Shown here: piece by piece, positions 50,083-60,597 of the stretch | Layout: each line of letters begins with the position of its first letter | Position numbering within the stretch: the stretch's first letter is position 1 | IMG/VR virus record: IMGVR_UViG_3300032038_000041 | Coordinates: 1-64,000 of that record | Length of the DNA stretch: 64,000 nt | Origin: a virus | Lineage: Duplodnaviria > Caudoviricetes | Strand: one strand, 5' to 3' | The notes under the pieces: model-generated | Told to the model about the DNA's origin: nothing | Seen by the model: only the letters and a program-made list of their open reading frames with translations | Databases searched by the model: none | Program-made: the position numbers and the translations under genes

Positions 50083-50393
50083 TAGTAAATGATGATAGTT
50101 TTAAAAAAGCATTAGAGGATTGTACAACTCCTATTTTAGCGGATTTTTCAGCTACCTGGTGTGGTCCTTGTCGTGCACTTTCACCAATTCTTGATGAAAT
50201 TGAGGAAGAATTTAAGGATAAAATTCTAGTTTTAAAATGTGATGTAGAAGATTGTCCGGAGGCAGCTTCAGATTACAATATTCGTAGTATTCCTTGTCTG
50301 ATTTATATGGATCAAAATGGAAATGAAATAAAAAGGACAATAGGTTTACAATCTAAAGCTCAAATTGAAGCAGCTATAAAAGAAATTATTTAA
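50079..50393 (+). CDS. trxA: Thioredoxin
   Basis: DFSATWCGPC, IRSIP. Confidence 0.95.
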   Translation: MIVNDDSFKKALEDCTTPILADFSATWCGPCRALSPILDEIEEEFKDKILVLKCDVEDCPEAASDYNIRSIPCLIYMDQNGNEIKRTIGLQSKAQIEAAIKEII

Positions 50394-50561
50394 AATAAAA
50401 GAGAAGGGATGATTAGAAGTAGTCATCTCTTATTTTTATTCATGAAATAAACAAAATGCGCTTATAAAGCCTTTTAGTTCTTATTCTTGAAAATAGAAGA
50501 AATTGTTGTGTTTTCTTTTCTATTTTTAGGAAGAAATTAATGAAACAAATAATGAATAATT

Positions 50562-51689
50562 ATGGATGACGATTTTTTATTAGATGAAGACGACGATCTC
50601 GAATCTCAAGGTTATATTGCTCCAGACGATGAAGAAGACTCTGACAATGATGACCAAAATGATGAAGAGTTTGACGTAGATGAGAAAATTAACGAGAAAT
50701 CAAGTCCTGGTGCTAATGCTGAAGACTATCATGGGAAGATGACTAAAGATGAGATTTGGTTATCTTCTACTTATAATGATATTGTAAATGCTTCAAGCAA
50801 AGATATAGGAAAGATTAGTGTAGGTGGTGGTCGTGCCTTTGATTCTGTTATTGTTGATGCAGTAAGAAGTATTGTAATGGCAAACCCCGTAAATACTTCA
50901 GCTACTACAGTTGAGAATATTACTAAAGAATTTTTCCAAGCACAGGGTCACTCTCGTATCGTCAGTACTTTGTATACTCCGGATCAACCTCTTCGTGGAA
51001 GTGACTTGGATGATGGATTAGGAGGAACTGATGATGGTGGCTTTAACCAACAATATGCAAATGAGGCTAGAAATCAAATTTCACGCTTTATTAATTATTT
51101 AGCAACTAGAGATCTTAGTAAGGATTCAATTATTTCTAGACGAAGAAAACAAAGACAAATACCAGCTTTTATTATATTCTTATTCTCTTCAGGTTTATAT
51201 GACTTAATTATAGATTGTCCTACAATGCCTGAAGAGTATGCTGAGCAAATCAAAAAGGCTTTTGAAAGAATTAGTAGAGCAAAGAATGATCTTGTAGAAG
51301 CTTTGGCACAGAGATATGAAGAAAATAAAAGACCGAAAGTAGCTGAGAGGGTAAGAAAGTTAGGACCCGCCTGGTTTAATAGAGAGCCTGCAGAAATTAG
51401 AACAACTTCTGAATATGCAGATCTTAATTTAACACAAGAGGATGTTGTAACTTACAGAGAATATAGAAGTAGGTTTACTAATATTTCAAGATCTCTTACT
51501 CAGGATGTAATCTCTGATATGATTGAAGTAGTTCTTGATAAAGATGCTGGAATCTATGAGAGATTGAAGGATAAAACGAGGTCTGATGCAATTGCAGATG
51601 TAAAGCAAGTTTATAAAGATTGGGCTAAAGATAATCAAAGTGATTCAGATCTAGCAGAGCATATTATTTGGAATGATATTAAACAATAA
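50562..51689 (+). CDS. Hypothetical protein with acidic N-terminus, first gene of the RNAP operon
   Basis: 375 aa; promoter motif about 50454-50490. Confidence 0.65.
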   Translation: MDDDFLLDEDDDLESQGYIAPDDEEDSDNDDQNDEEFDVDEKINEKSSPGANAEDYHGKMTKDEIWLSSTYNDIVNASSKDIGKISVGGGRAFDSVIVDAVRSIVMANPVNTSATTVENITKEFFQAQGHSRIVSTLYTPDQPLRGSDLDDGLGGTDDGGFNQQYANEARNQISRFINYLATRDLSKDSIISRRRKQRQIPAFIIFLFSSGLYDLIIDCPTMPEEYAEQIKKAFERISRAKNDLVEALAQRYEENKRPKVAERVRKLGPAWFNREPAEIRTTSEYADLNLTQEDVVTYREYRSRFTNISRSLTQDVISDMIEVVLDKDAGIYERLKDKTRSDAIADVKQVYKDWAKDNQSDSDLAEHIIWNDIKQ

Positions 51690-51694
51690 AAACT

Positions 51695-54600
51695 ATGGCA
51701 GTAAGTCTTGAATTATTAACAGACGATGATATTATTGATTACACCAGAAGTGATGGTAAGGATCGAATATTAATCAATCATCGTGACTTAGATTTAAAGC
51801 GAAATATTCCCTATCCAGTAGCTGGAGGTGTCTATGATACAGAGATCTTTGGCTCACCATTTGAGGATAGATGTATTTGCGGAAAAATCAGACGATCTTC
51901 TTCAGAGCCTTGCCCTAATTGTGGAGCTAGAGTTTTTACTAAAGAAGAAGGTCTTAGACGATTTGCTAGAATTGAACTCCCATTTTACTACCTGAATGAC
52001 TTAAGATTTGAAATCTTTAAAGATCTTTTTGATCAGATTTTTGAAGGTGTAACTATTAAATTAGACTTCCAAGGAGATGATCTTAGGAATGATGGTTATA
52101 CTGGTAGAGGTGCTAAGAAGTTGGGAATTAAAATTTTTGATACTTGTGAGTTTACTTATAGTAAAGCTAAAAATACACTTACTATTTCAGAATTTATAAC
52201 TGATGAAAAAAAGTGTTCTTATGAAGGATTACTTGCAATTATTGAGAAATATTTTCCTGAGCATCTTACGGAGTTTAGAAAAATGATTAACCGGTATTAT
52301 ATTGTTTTACCGGCTATGATGCGACCTTTCTCTCTTGCTATGAGAGGAACAAGCAAAAAGATGAATTCTCACAAACTTAGTGTATGGTATTCAATTATCA
52401 TTAGACTTTGTTGTGTAGATGATATAAAGAGTAATACCTCAAATTATAATGAGGTTATGGCACGATTCACTACTCCTGGGGAGCGAGTTAGATATACAGC
52501 CCTTTTACGAGCATTACTTAACGCTGGTAAGAAACAGGCTACAGATCTACTTAATACTTCCAGGAAAAATGAAGCCCGTGAACTTTACTCTGTTCGTGTT
52601 AAGAATTCAGCCCGTGCTCCTATTATTCCAGATACAGAATTACCAGTTGATGAAATTGGTGTACCTGTATATCTGGCCTATGAGATGTGTCGAGAAGGCT
52701 TTATTAAGTATTTACAGGAACAACTTAATTTCTCGAAAGAGGAAGCTATGAAGACTACAAAACAAGAGGCTATGAATCCTGAAACACAAAAATTATTTAA
52801 AGAATATGCAGAAACGCAAGTTGTATTGGTAAACCGTCAACCGACACTTCATGAATATAGCATTTTTGCGATGAAGATGCGTGTCGTAGATGGAGATTGC
52901 ATACATTACCCACTAGAATTATGTGGGCCGTTGAATGCTGACTTTGATGGTGATACAGTTTCGCTTACTCTTGTTCCTGAAGAGGCGAAAGATGACACTA
53001 TGAAAAAAATGAGCCCACGTTATTCAAAAGTTTATAAAAAGAACCTTGAACCTATATTTGTGTTTAATCATGAAACACTTAATGGAGGTAATGTGGCTAC
53101 TACTTATGATTTCGAAGATCCTATTGAATTAACAGAACCTAGACATTATTATACTGACTATGCTCAGCTTTTACAAGATGTTGAAGTAGACAATAAAATA
53201 AAATATGGAACTCCAATAGTATTTACCGGAAAAGTAGGTGAACTTGAATTTAAAAATAAAATTACAACGTATGGACGATTAAGGACTTCTAAGATAGTTG
53301 GTAAAGATATTGATGAGCTTGGAATCTTTAAAACTCCATATGAAGCATTAAAAGCAGGTAGTGCTGGAAAACTTGTTCACTATCTGTATAAGAGCGATGA
53401 TTTTGTCGAGAAAATGAATGAACTACAAAAATTTTGGCTTAAAGTAGTTTCTAAAGCCGGAGTAGTTACATTTGATTTTAAGACATTGTATGTAGATACT
53501 AATTCCGAGACATACAATAAAATTAAAGATGTTGTAGACTCTGCAGATCTTACTGATAAACAAAAACTTCTTCTTGTTACCGATCTTTATGCAAAGTATG
53601 AGAAAGAGATTGAAGGTAGATTTAGCGATGACCTGAGAGAAGAACTTAGTCGAGCAAATCGAGTTAAGATTCACTCAATTCAGGATATTAATATGCCTCA
53701 AATGATCATACAAGGTACTCAAGAAAAAGTAGTTGTAAATAAAGGATCTTTGTTAAGCGGTTTAACTGAAAAAGAGTATATTTCACATTCTATAGAAAAT
53801 AGATCGCTCCAAAGTATCAAAAATAGTGGCGTCAATTACAATGGGGTGCGCCCTTTAAACTGTACGTAATTGCTGGAAGGAATTAAAATTTATATAAAAT
53901 GTAAAAAGTAAATTAGAATCAGCAACTTATTATGATGGAAAAAACAATTAAGTTTTTATCAGCGGTTGGCCTAGTTCTTGGAGCTATGGGAGAGATGTTA
54001 AAACAAGTTAATCTTTACCAACAAGCCCAAAAGGTTGTGGAACAGGCTGAAAACGTGACTGAAGTAAAGTAATAAGATCAACGACTATACGTATGGCGCT
54101 TGTGAAAGTGATGATATAGTCTGCCCTAGGATGAAAATCTTAGGAAACCACCAGGAGAGGTTAAAAGCTTCTCCATAGACCCCTTGGTGGATACTTAACC
54201 CGTCAGATTTCTTTCCTCTTAAATAATTATGTTTTTGATGAAAAAGCATCTGATCCAAAAAATCCAGGACTCTTAATCCCTAGATATATTGCAGCAGGTA
54301 GAACAGCTCCTAATGGAAAAATCTATTCTGAGGTAGTTAAGAAGAATGAAGATGACTTGGTACCAGTAAGAAGTATTGTTACAAAGAAAGATGGAAACCT
54401 TAGTGTAGTTTCACCTGATCATTTCAGTCAACGATTCCGTAGTATTGGAATTACTAATGGAAGTGCTATAGGTGCATCATTAGGTACTTCTCTTACTGAA
54501 AATATTACACAAAGTTTGCTTGCACTTAAGCATGGTGGTCATGAAAGAGTACTTGACCTATCAGGTAATCTATATGCCCCTAAAGATTGCACGTTTAGAA

Positions 54601-55394
54601 TTGAAGGACGATGGATTATTCTGAAAGTACGTGGTGGAGAACTTAAATATCCGCTTCCCGATAACTGGGTAGGTGTTAATAAGGATAAGTTTAGTGAGGG
54701 AGAACTCATTGGATCTGCTTATAATACGACATCTCCTGCTTATCGTCTAAATGCAATTATTAAGTGTATGCGAGCTAAAGGTACATCTGGTATAAGATAC
54801 TTTGAGAAGGATAATGTAATCTTAACCGACTGTTTCGCTTATGAAGATGGTCAAATTCACTATACTGAGACCAAAAGTGGTCATATTGAGGTGAGAATTG
54901 GTAATAGACAATATGATTATAATCCAGAGTCACTTTATTACTTTCCTGACGGAGCACAGATTAAGAAATATCAGAAGTTCTGTTCAGGTGTCATCAATAT
55001 GGCTCACGTAACACAAGATACTCAGGATATTAATACTGCTTTTAATATATTTAGACGTCAATTCTATGTATTGAATAATGCTAAGTACGAAAAGACCGGT
55101 ATCGTAGAACCTGATTGGATGCAAGAAGAAATTCTTGAGCTTGTGTTTGCTGGTCTTATGGATGTAGAGATAGATCCAAAAACTGATAAGATTAAAGAAA
55201 TTGAATATCAAGGTACCCATAATAGTATCTTGGGAAGAGATTCGTTCTTTACAACATTGTCTTATGGATATAGCTCTAGAGTTATGTCAAAGGCTTTACG
55301 TGGAGAACTTAATCTATCATCAGATATAATGACAGAAACGGTATTAGGATTGCTGTTAAATGATCAACTCGACAATAATAGTGGTATTAAATGA
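51695..55394 (+). CDS. rpoC: RNA polymerase beta' subunit, spliced (51695-53832 + 54179-55394, 1117 aa)
   Basis: Zn finger CICG..CPNC, NRQPTLH, NADFDGD; splice gives NSGV|PLGGYLTRQ (bridge helix) in frame with ORF 54357. Confidence 0.9.
53833..54178 (+). ncRNA. Group I intron in beta' gene
   Basis: P1 GGCGT/GCGCC, P10 GGGGT/ACCCC, P7 CAACGACTATAC and GATATAGTCTG, terminal G. Confidence 0.9.
53932..54072 (+). CDS. 46-aa intron-encoded microprotein
   Basis: MMEKTIKFLSAVGLVLGAMGEMLKQVNLYQQAQKVVEQAENVTEVK, bracketed by CTTATTA/TAATAAG stem. Confidence 0.5.
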   Translation: MMEKTIKFLSAVGLVLGAMGEMLKQVNLYQQAQKVVEQAENVTEVK

Positions 55395-55615
55395 AAATTG
55401 AATTAGAAATTCCATATATTGAAGATGATGAGTTGAGTATTAAAATTACAATACGGAGAGATGGAGTAGTATCTGTAGAGGGTGCTACTTCTGCTCCTAA
55501 TGTAATTGAAAAGAAGCCGAAGACTCAACCAAAAGAGAAAAAGAAAAGTTCGGCTACAGCTCCTCCTGCGATTCCAAATTCGTTTGGTGGAAATTTTATG
55601 AATGCTGAATTTTAA
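55391..55615 (+). CDS. Hypothetical protein between RNAP subunits
   Basis: 74 aa, ATGA-coupled. Confidence 0.6.
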   Translation: MKIELEIPYIEDDELSIKITIRRDGVVSVEGATSAPNVIEKKPKTQPKEKKKSSATAPPAIPNSFGGNFMNAEF

Positions 55616-55985
55616 TTATATTGAGAAAATGAGTAATAGTACCTATTATAACATTATTCTATCGTATGAAATTCCGTATAATATCTTAGATGTATCAGAT
55701 CAAAATGTCATTGATGCTAAAGAACAGCTTTTTAGAAGACTTAAGGATGCTATTCCTACTGTTAAATATAATACATTCTCTGTTCGACTTACTGTTAATC
55801 AGCTCAATGATACTATGAATTACATTGTTACGTATGAGGCTTACTTCAGATCAAATGAAGGACTACCCATGGAAGAATACGTAGAAGCGCGAGATCTTAA
55901 AGATAACGCAAGAAAAGAGTTAGAGAGTTTCTTTAGCTCTGTAGACTGTGACTATAAGCAGTTAAATATTAAAACTCTATTATAA
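55602..55985 (+). CDS. Hypothetical protein between RNAP subunits
   Basis: About 120 aa, abuts the beta start. Confidence 0.6.
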   Translation: MLNFNYIEKMSNSTYYNIILSYEIPYNILDVSDQNVIDAKEQLFRRLKDAIPTVKYNTFSVRLTVNQLNDTMNYIVTYEAYFRSNEGLPMEEYVEARDLKDNARKELESFFSSVDCDYKQLNIKTLL

Positions 55986-58900
55986 ATGTCAAATTTTAAT
56001 CAGTATTTCAAGAACACGGGAGCAAAAATTATGGTAGAGCGATTCTTTAAAGGAATCGATATGTATAATCCAAAAAACAAACTGAAAAATCTAAAGTGGT
56101 ATATTGAGCCCGAGCCAAGTCAGCCAGCATCTTATTATGTTGAGAATGAATTGACAGCTACTCACAAAGTACATATAGATTATACAGTTAATGATGGACC
56201 AGAAATTCTTAGCTCTGAATTTGAAGTTCCTAGAGAAATTGATGGTGTATTTATCATTGAAGGAGCTTATAGAATTGCTACGAATACGCTTGGTTCGGAT
56301 TATGATTGTCGAATTCAAATGTCGGGAACTAATCCTTGGAAAATTAATTTCGACTATAATCGCCAATATGATATTGCTAAGAAAGTTCTAAGAATTAAGA
56401 AGATTAATCCAGATCTCGGTGTTCAAGAAAAAGTAAAAGAGTATAATCTTGATGAGATTGATAATATAAAAGGAGAAGACTTAGAAGCATTACGGCTTAC
56501 TGAAAGACAGCAGAAAAAGTTTCAAATTAAGCTTGATATTGATTATAAGCCTGAATTTATTACTAGAAAACTCATCGAAGACTGCTTAGCCTACGGGGAT
56601 GATAGACTTAAAGACTTGATCATTGATAAAAATATTGAGTCAGTTCCACAAGGGTTTATTAACTTCCTATTCAAAAGTGGTAAAGGAAGAAATTTCTTTG
56701 CAGCTAGACGAAAAATAACCTCTTACTGGACAAAATTTAGTAAGCTGCCTGATCCTGCTAACTCTATAACTCTTTTATGTCAAAAACATTGGAAAGGATC
56801 TTCAGAAAGTGCTAAAGGAGGTAGTGAAATTCAAGTTCCACCTGGTATTAATTCACAGAATTTAAGTTCACTTGGGGAAAAGATTATGATACCTGACTCG
56901 GTTGCATATAATACATCATTTGCAGACTTAATTGATATTGCAGATACACCTATTAACCAATCGAGTAACCGTATTAATGCACTTACTGTTTCTACTCACT
57001 TAACAGATGATAAAATTCTTTTTGATTGTTATTCCAAAGACTTCAAGAAGATTACAATTGATTATCTTGACTACCTTAACTCAAAAATAGTAACAAGTGA
57101 GTATGTAGACTATGATGCTAGAGAGATTAAGCCAAATAAAGATGGACAAATCGAAATTAAGCATCGAATGAAAAGAAAGATGGTATCAGCAACAGATTAT
57201 GATTTTGTTGACTTACCACCTGATTATCGACTCTCTTCAACAACACGACGAATTCCATTTTTAAACTTTACAGATAGTGTAAGAATTGAGATGGGAAGCG
57301 GTATGTTAAAACAAGCAATACCTTTGCCAAATGCAGAAAGACCACTTGTTGACACCGGAAATGTTGAAGAGTTAGAAAATAATATTCTAAATGAAAAATT
57401 TAGACTTCCTGAGGGAACTGTAAAAGAAATCAATGACGAAGAAGTTCTTATTCAACTCCCAGGAAATGATGAGATTAGTGTTCCTAGACGTACAGCAATA
57501 CAAAGCGCTAATGATGTTGATATCTTTACTGAGCCTAAAGTTAAGGTTGGACAGAAAGTTAAGGAAGGTGATATTATTACTGGTGCTGTAGGCGTAGAGA
57601 AAGATACATATAAAACTGGAATTAATGCATTGGTCTTGTTCCATGCAATGTTTGGTTATGTAAATGAGGATGCTGTTGTAGTATCAGAATCATTTGCTAA
57701 TAAAATGTGTCACTATTCACTTATTGACTTAACTATGGATGTTAAAAATTCAGAAGCTATTAAGTGGATTGCACCAATAGGAACTCGTGTAAAATCAAAA
57801 GATAGAGTAATGACTGTATATAAAGCAGTAAGACTTGATGAGATTAATAAGAAACTTCAAGAACAACTTGGAGGAATTCTTGGAAACCTTGATCAGTATA
57901 CTGTAGAGACAGGATTATCTGTTCCGAATAATATAGATGAAGCAGTTGTTACTGATGTTATAATTCAGGAAAATAAGAAGCCAAGGATCCCTAAATCAAT
58001 AAAAAAGCCGGATTATTCGTTTGCTAAAACAAGTCAAACTGTAATTGATGACTATGAAAAAACAAAGGATCGTAAGCCAATATATGATAAATATCCTGAA
58101 TATATAGCATCTGATACTCTGGATCCCGTAAATCTAAAGGATAAAAATTATAAAGTTGTCTATACCGTTAGAATCCGACTAATTAAGAGAACTACTTTAA
58201 TGTTAGGTTCAAAAGTTACAAACCGCTATGGTGGTAAGGGTGTTATATCAAAAATCTTACCAGACAACTTAATGCCAATAATGGTAGATAAACAGGGGAA
58301 TAAGAAGGTTATAGATATTGTAATGAATCCATATTCAACAATCAATAGAAAGATACCATCGGTTCTCCTAGAAAACTCCCTAGGATTAATCATTCATCGT
58401 TTACGGGACATGGTGGAGGAGTATAAGGGAACTAAGACAGGTCAAAAGAAAATTAAACCTCTCTTAATGAAGTACTATCCAGGCCGCTTTGATAATATGA
58501 CAGTTGAGGAAATCATACAAATGCATAATTCTAGCAGAATAGAAGAAATGTATTATATGAATGTTGGATGTTATTCGACAAAATTTACTCCTGATCTTGT
58601 TACAAAATGGATGGAAGAACTTGGTGTAGAACCTCAATCCAAGATCCTAATGCCACAAACTGAAATTGCTGATCTTAAAGAACTTAAGGAAACCCTAAGT
58701 GAAGAAGAATATCAAAAGGCAGTTTCAAAAATGACTGGAAAGTTTGTAGAAGTAGATAAACCATTGATGTGTGGTTATATAACATTCTTAGAGCTTTTCA
58801 AGATCCCATATTATGATGAAAAAGCAACGTCTAGTATGTTTCTGCCAGATGGAGATATTAATCCATTTAAGGACTCGCCAATTATGTCCCATGGTAAATA

Positions 58901-59144
58901 TAGAACAACTGGACAAAAGATCGGTGAGATGGAGTTAACTGCTTACTTAGCCCGTGGAGCAAAACAGTTTATTGAGTACTCTCGTAGTGATACATCTACA
59001 CAAGATTCTATTGAATTTATGAATAACCTTCTTGGACTTGGTGTAACAATCAAGAATGAAGAGGGATATAATATGGGAGCATCAAGTCTTAGAAATAGTC
59101 TTGGTGAAATGAAGGTTAAATTTAGACTCAAAAATAAAAAGTAA
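55986..59144 (+). CDS. rpoB: RNA polymerase beta subunit
   Basis: GVFIIEG, IPFL..TD..R..MGS.M.KQA, GYVNEDA, GSKVTNRYGGKGVIS, IVMNP, GQKIGEME. Confidence 0.92.
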   Translation: MSNFNQYFKNTGAKIMVERFFKGIDMYNPKNKLKNLKWYIEPEPSQPASYYVENELTATHKVHIDYTVNDGPEILSSEFEVPREIDGVFIIEGAYRIATNTLGSDYDCRIQMSGTNPWKINFDYNRQYDIAKKVLRIKKINPDLGVQEKVKEYNLDEIDNIKGEDLEALRLTERQQKKFQIKLDIDYKPEFITRKLIEDCLAYGDDRLKDLIIDKNIESVPQGFINFLFKSGKGRNFFAARRKITSYWTKFSKLPDPANSITLLCQKHWKGSSESAKGGSEIQVPPGINSQNLSSLGEKIMIPDSVAYNTSFADLIDIADTPINQSSNRINALTVSTHLTDDKILFDCYSKDFKKITIDYLDYLNSKIVTSEYVDYDAREIKPNKDGQIEIKHRMKRKMVSATDYDFVDLPPDYRLSSTTRRIPFLNFTDSVRIEMGSGMLKQAIPLPNAERPLVDTGNVEELENNILNEKFRLPEGTVKEINDEEVLIQLPGNDEISVPRRTAIQSANDVDIFTEPKVKVGQKVKEGDIITGAVGVEKDTYKTGINALVLFHAMFGYVNEDAVVVSESFANKMCHYSLIDLTMDVKNSEAIKWIAPIGTRVKSKDRVMTVYKAVRLDEINKKLQEQLGGILGNLDQYTVETGLSVPNNIDEAVVTDVIIQENKKPRIPKSIKKPDYSFAKTSQTVIDDYEKTKDRKPIYDKYPEYIASDTLDPVNLKDKNYKVVYTVRIRLIKRTTLMLGSKVTNRYGGKGVISKILPDNLMPIMVDKQGNKKVIDIVMNPYSTINRKIPSVLLENSLGLIIHRLRDMVEEYKGTKTGQKKIKPLLMKYYPGRFDNMTVEEIIQMHNSSRIEEMYYMNVGCYSTKFTPDLVTKWMEELGVEPQSKILMPQTEIADLKELKETLSEEEYQKAVSKMTGKFVEVDKPLMCGYITFLELFKIPYYDEKATSSMFLPDGDINPFKDSPIMSHGKYRTTGQKIGEMELTAYLARGAKQFIEYSRSDTSTQDSIEFMNNLLGLGVTIKNEEGYNMGASSLRNSLGEMKVKFRLKNKK

Positions 59145-59821
59145 TGGACATGGAACTTAATAAAAATACGCCTTCATGTTTAATGTTGGCTGCTAATCTT
59201 ATAACTCCAGTTTCATTGGCTAGTATTTTTGAAACTGAAGACCTAAAAGATTCTGGTATAGAGTTTGATAGTCATCTTACTATTCTATTCTCTCATAATT
59301 TATTAGAAAAGGATATTATTTTAAGAGACATCAATACTGTTATATCAGCCTCGCCTATATCAAAGAATATTATTGGTGGATTTAATATCTTAGAGTTTCT
59401 CAAAGGACAAAAAAAATTTGAAGCTAAACCAGTTTTAGATTTATTTGATTTAGGAAACTTTGAGAATGAATCCGGATATGTAGTACTTAAGCTAAAAAAG
59501 AATACTGGCCTTTTTGAAATTTTAAATACTTTAAATTCCGGCCTCTCTGAACTCTATGGAGTAACAAGTGATTTTGGAGAATATAAACCACACTTAACAC
59601 TTGCTGAAGTACAGGCAGGACTAAGCCAGAAATATGTGGAGAATGAAATTCTACAACTAATATTACAAAAAAGTAAAATTAAACTTGAGGATTTTATATT
59701 CTCATATGATCTGGGAGAAAAAGATTATAAAGTATATGATCTAACAAATTTTAATTCTGTTGATAGATTTTTTAGAATTGAAAATTTAAAGAAAGAAGCT
59801 GCAGAATTTATTAAAGAATAA
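59144..59821 (+). CDS. 2H phosphoesterase (Acb1/T4 57B-like)
   Basis: Two HxT motifs: SHLTILF and KPHLTLAE. Confidence 0.7.
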   Translation: MDMELNKNTPSCLMLAANLITPVSLASIFETEDLKDSGIEFDSHLTILFSHNLLEKDIILRDINTVISASPISKNIIGGFNILEFLKGQKKFEAKPVLDLFDLGNFENESGYVVLKLKKNTGLFEILNTLNSGLSELYGVTSDFGEYKPHLTLAEVQAGLSQKYVENEILQLILQKSKIKLEDFIFSYDLGEKDYKVYDLTNFNSVDRFFRIENLKKEAAEFIKE

Positions 59822-59971
59822 AATAAAGAAAGGTGACTTAAGGATAAAACTTTAGGTCACTTCTCTTTTCTCCCTCATTGAAGCAAAGAAAATGCGAAAG
59901 AGAGAAGAGATTATCCTTATTATTGGGAATGGAGATATCTCTGTTCCAAAATTACAAAATAAAAAAGAATA

Positions 59972-60586
59972 ATGAAGGATATAAAAGTTTATTATGGCCT
60001 TAGTGGAGCATTAAAAGGGTCTACTATCGCCGCGTTGAAAAAGAAAAATTCAAATATTCAAATTATGGATTCAGCAATAAAGAGATGGAAATATTATCAA
60101 TTCGGTATCTTCTCTGGACTTACTGAATACACTGACCTAACTTATGGAATCTTGCACCTAGTAAGACTTCGTGAGTTTATGGACAAAAATCACTCTGCTG
60201 AGAATGATCTCATTATAGAAAGAGGAATAACAGATTCACTGTTTTATTATTACTATAATGATAAGTTTAATGTAGAAACTGGGATGGACGAGAACTTGAC
60301 TCTGATTAATAATGCTACGGCTCAGGAACAGATTCTCTTACTTCCAGATTTTTATAGAATTGAAAGAATTCTTCTAATTCAAGAGGATAAAGATTTCGTG
60401 AGAGACGTTGTTTTCCAAGACGAATTTAGAAGAAAAACTTTCAAAAATGATCCTGATTTTTACTTTAAAATGCAGGACTTGTATGTTAGTTTTACTAAGA
60501 GGCATAATGTAATTGATAAAGTAATCAGAATCACAAGTGCAAAGGAGTATATTGAAAATACTCTGGGGGAACAACTTAAATATTAA
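59972..60586 (+). CDS. P-loop nucleotide kinase-like protein
   Basis: YGLSGALKGST, IIERGITD. Confidence 0.55.
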   Translation: MKDIKVYYGLSGALKGSTIAALKKKNSNIQIMDSAIKRWKYYQFGIFSGLTEYTDLTYGILHLVRLREFMDKNHSAENDLIIERGITDSLFYYYYNDKFNVETGMDENLTLINNATAQEQILLLPDFYRIERILLIQEDKDFVRDVVFQDEFRRKTFKNDPDFYFKMQDLYVSFTKRHNVIDKVIRITSAKEYIENTLGEQLKY

Positions 60587-60597
60587 AGTTAGTATTT

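Noticed and set aside
51695-55394. phiKZ-style split beta' as two genes
   Set aside because: The gap is a group I intron and splicing restores one frame
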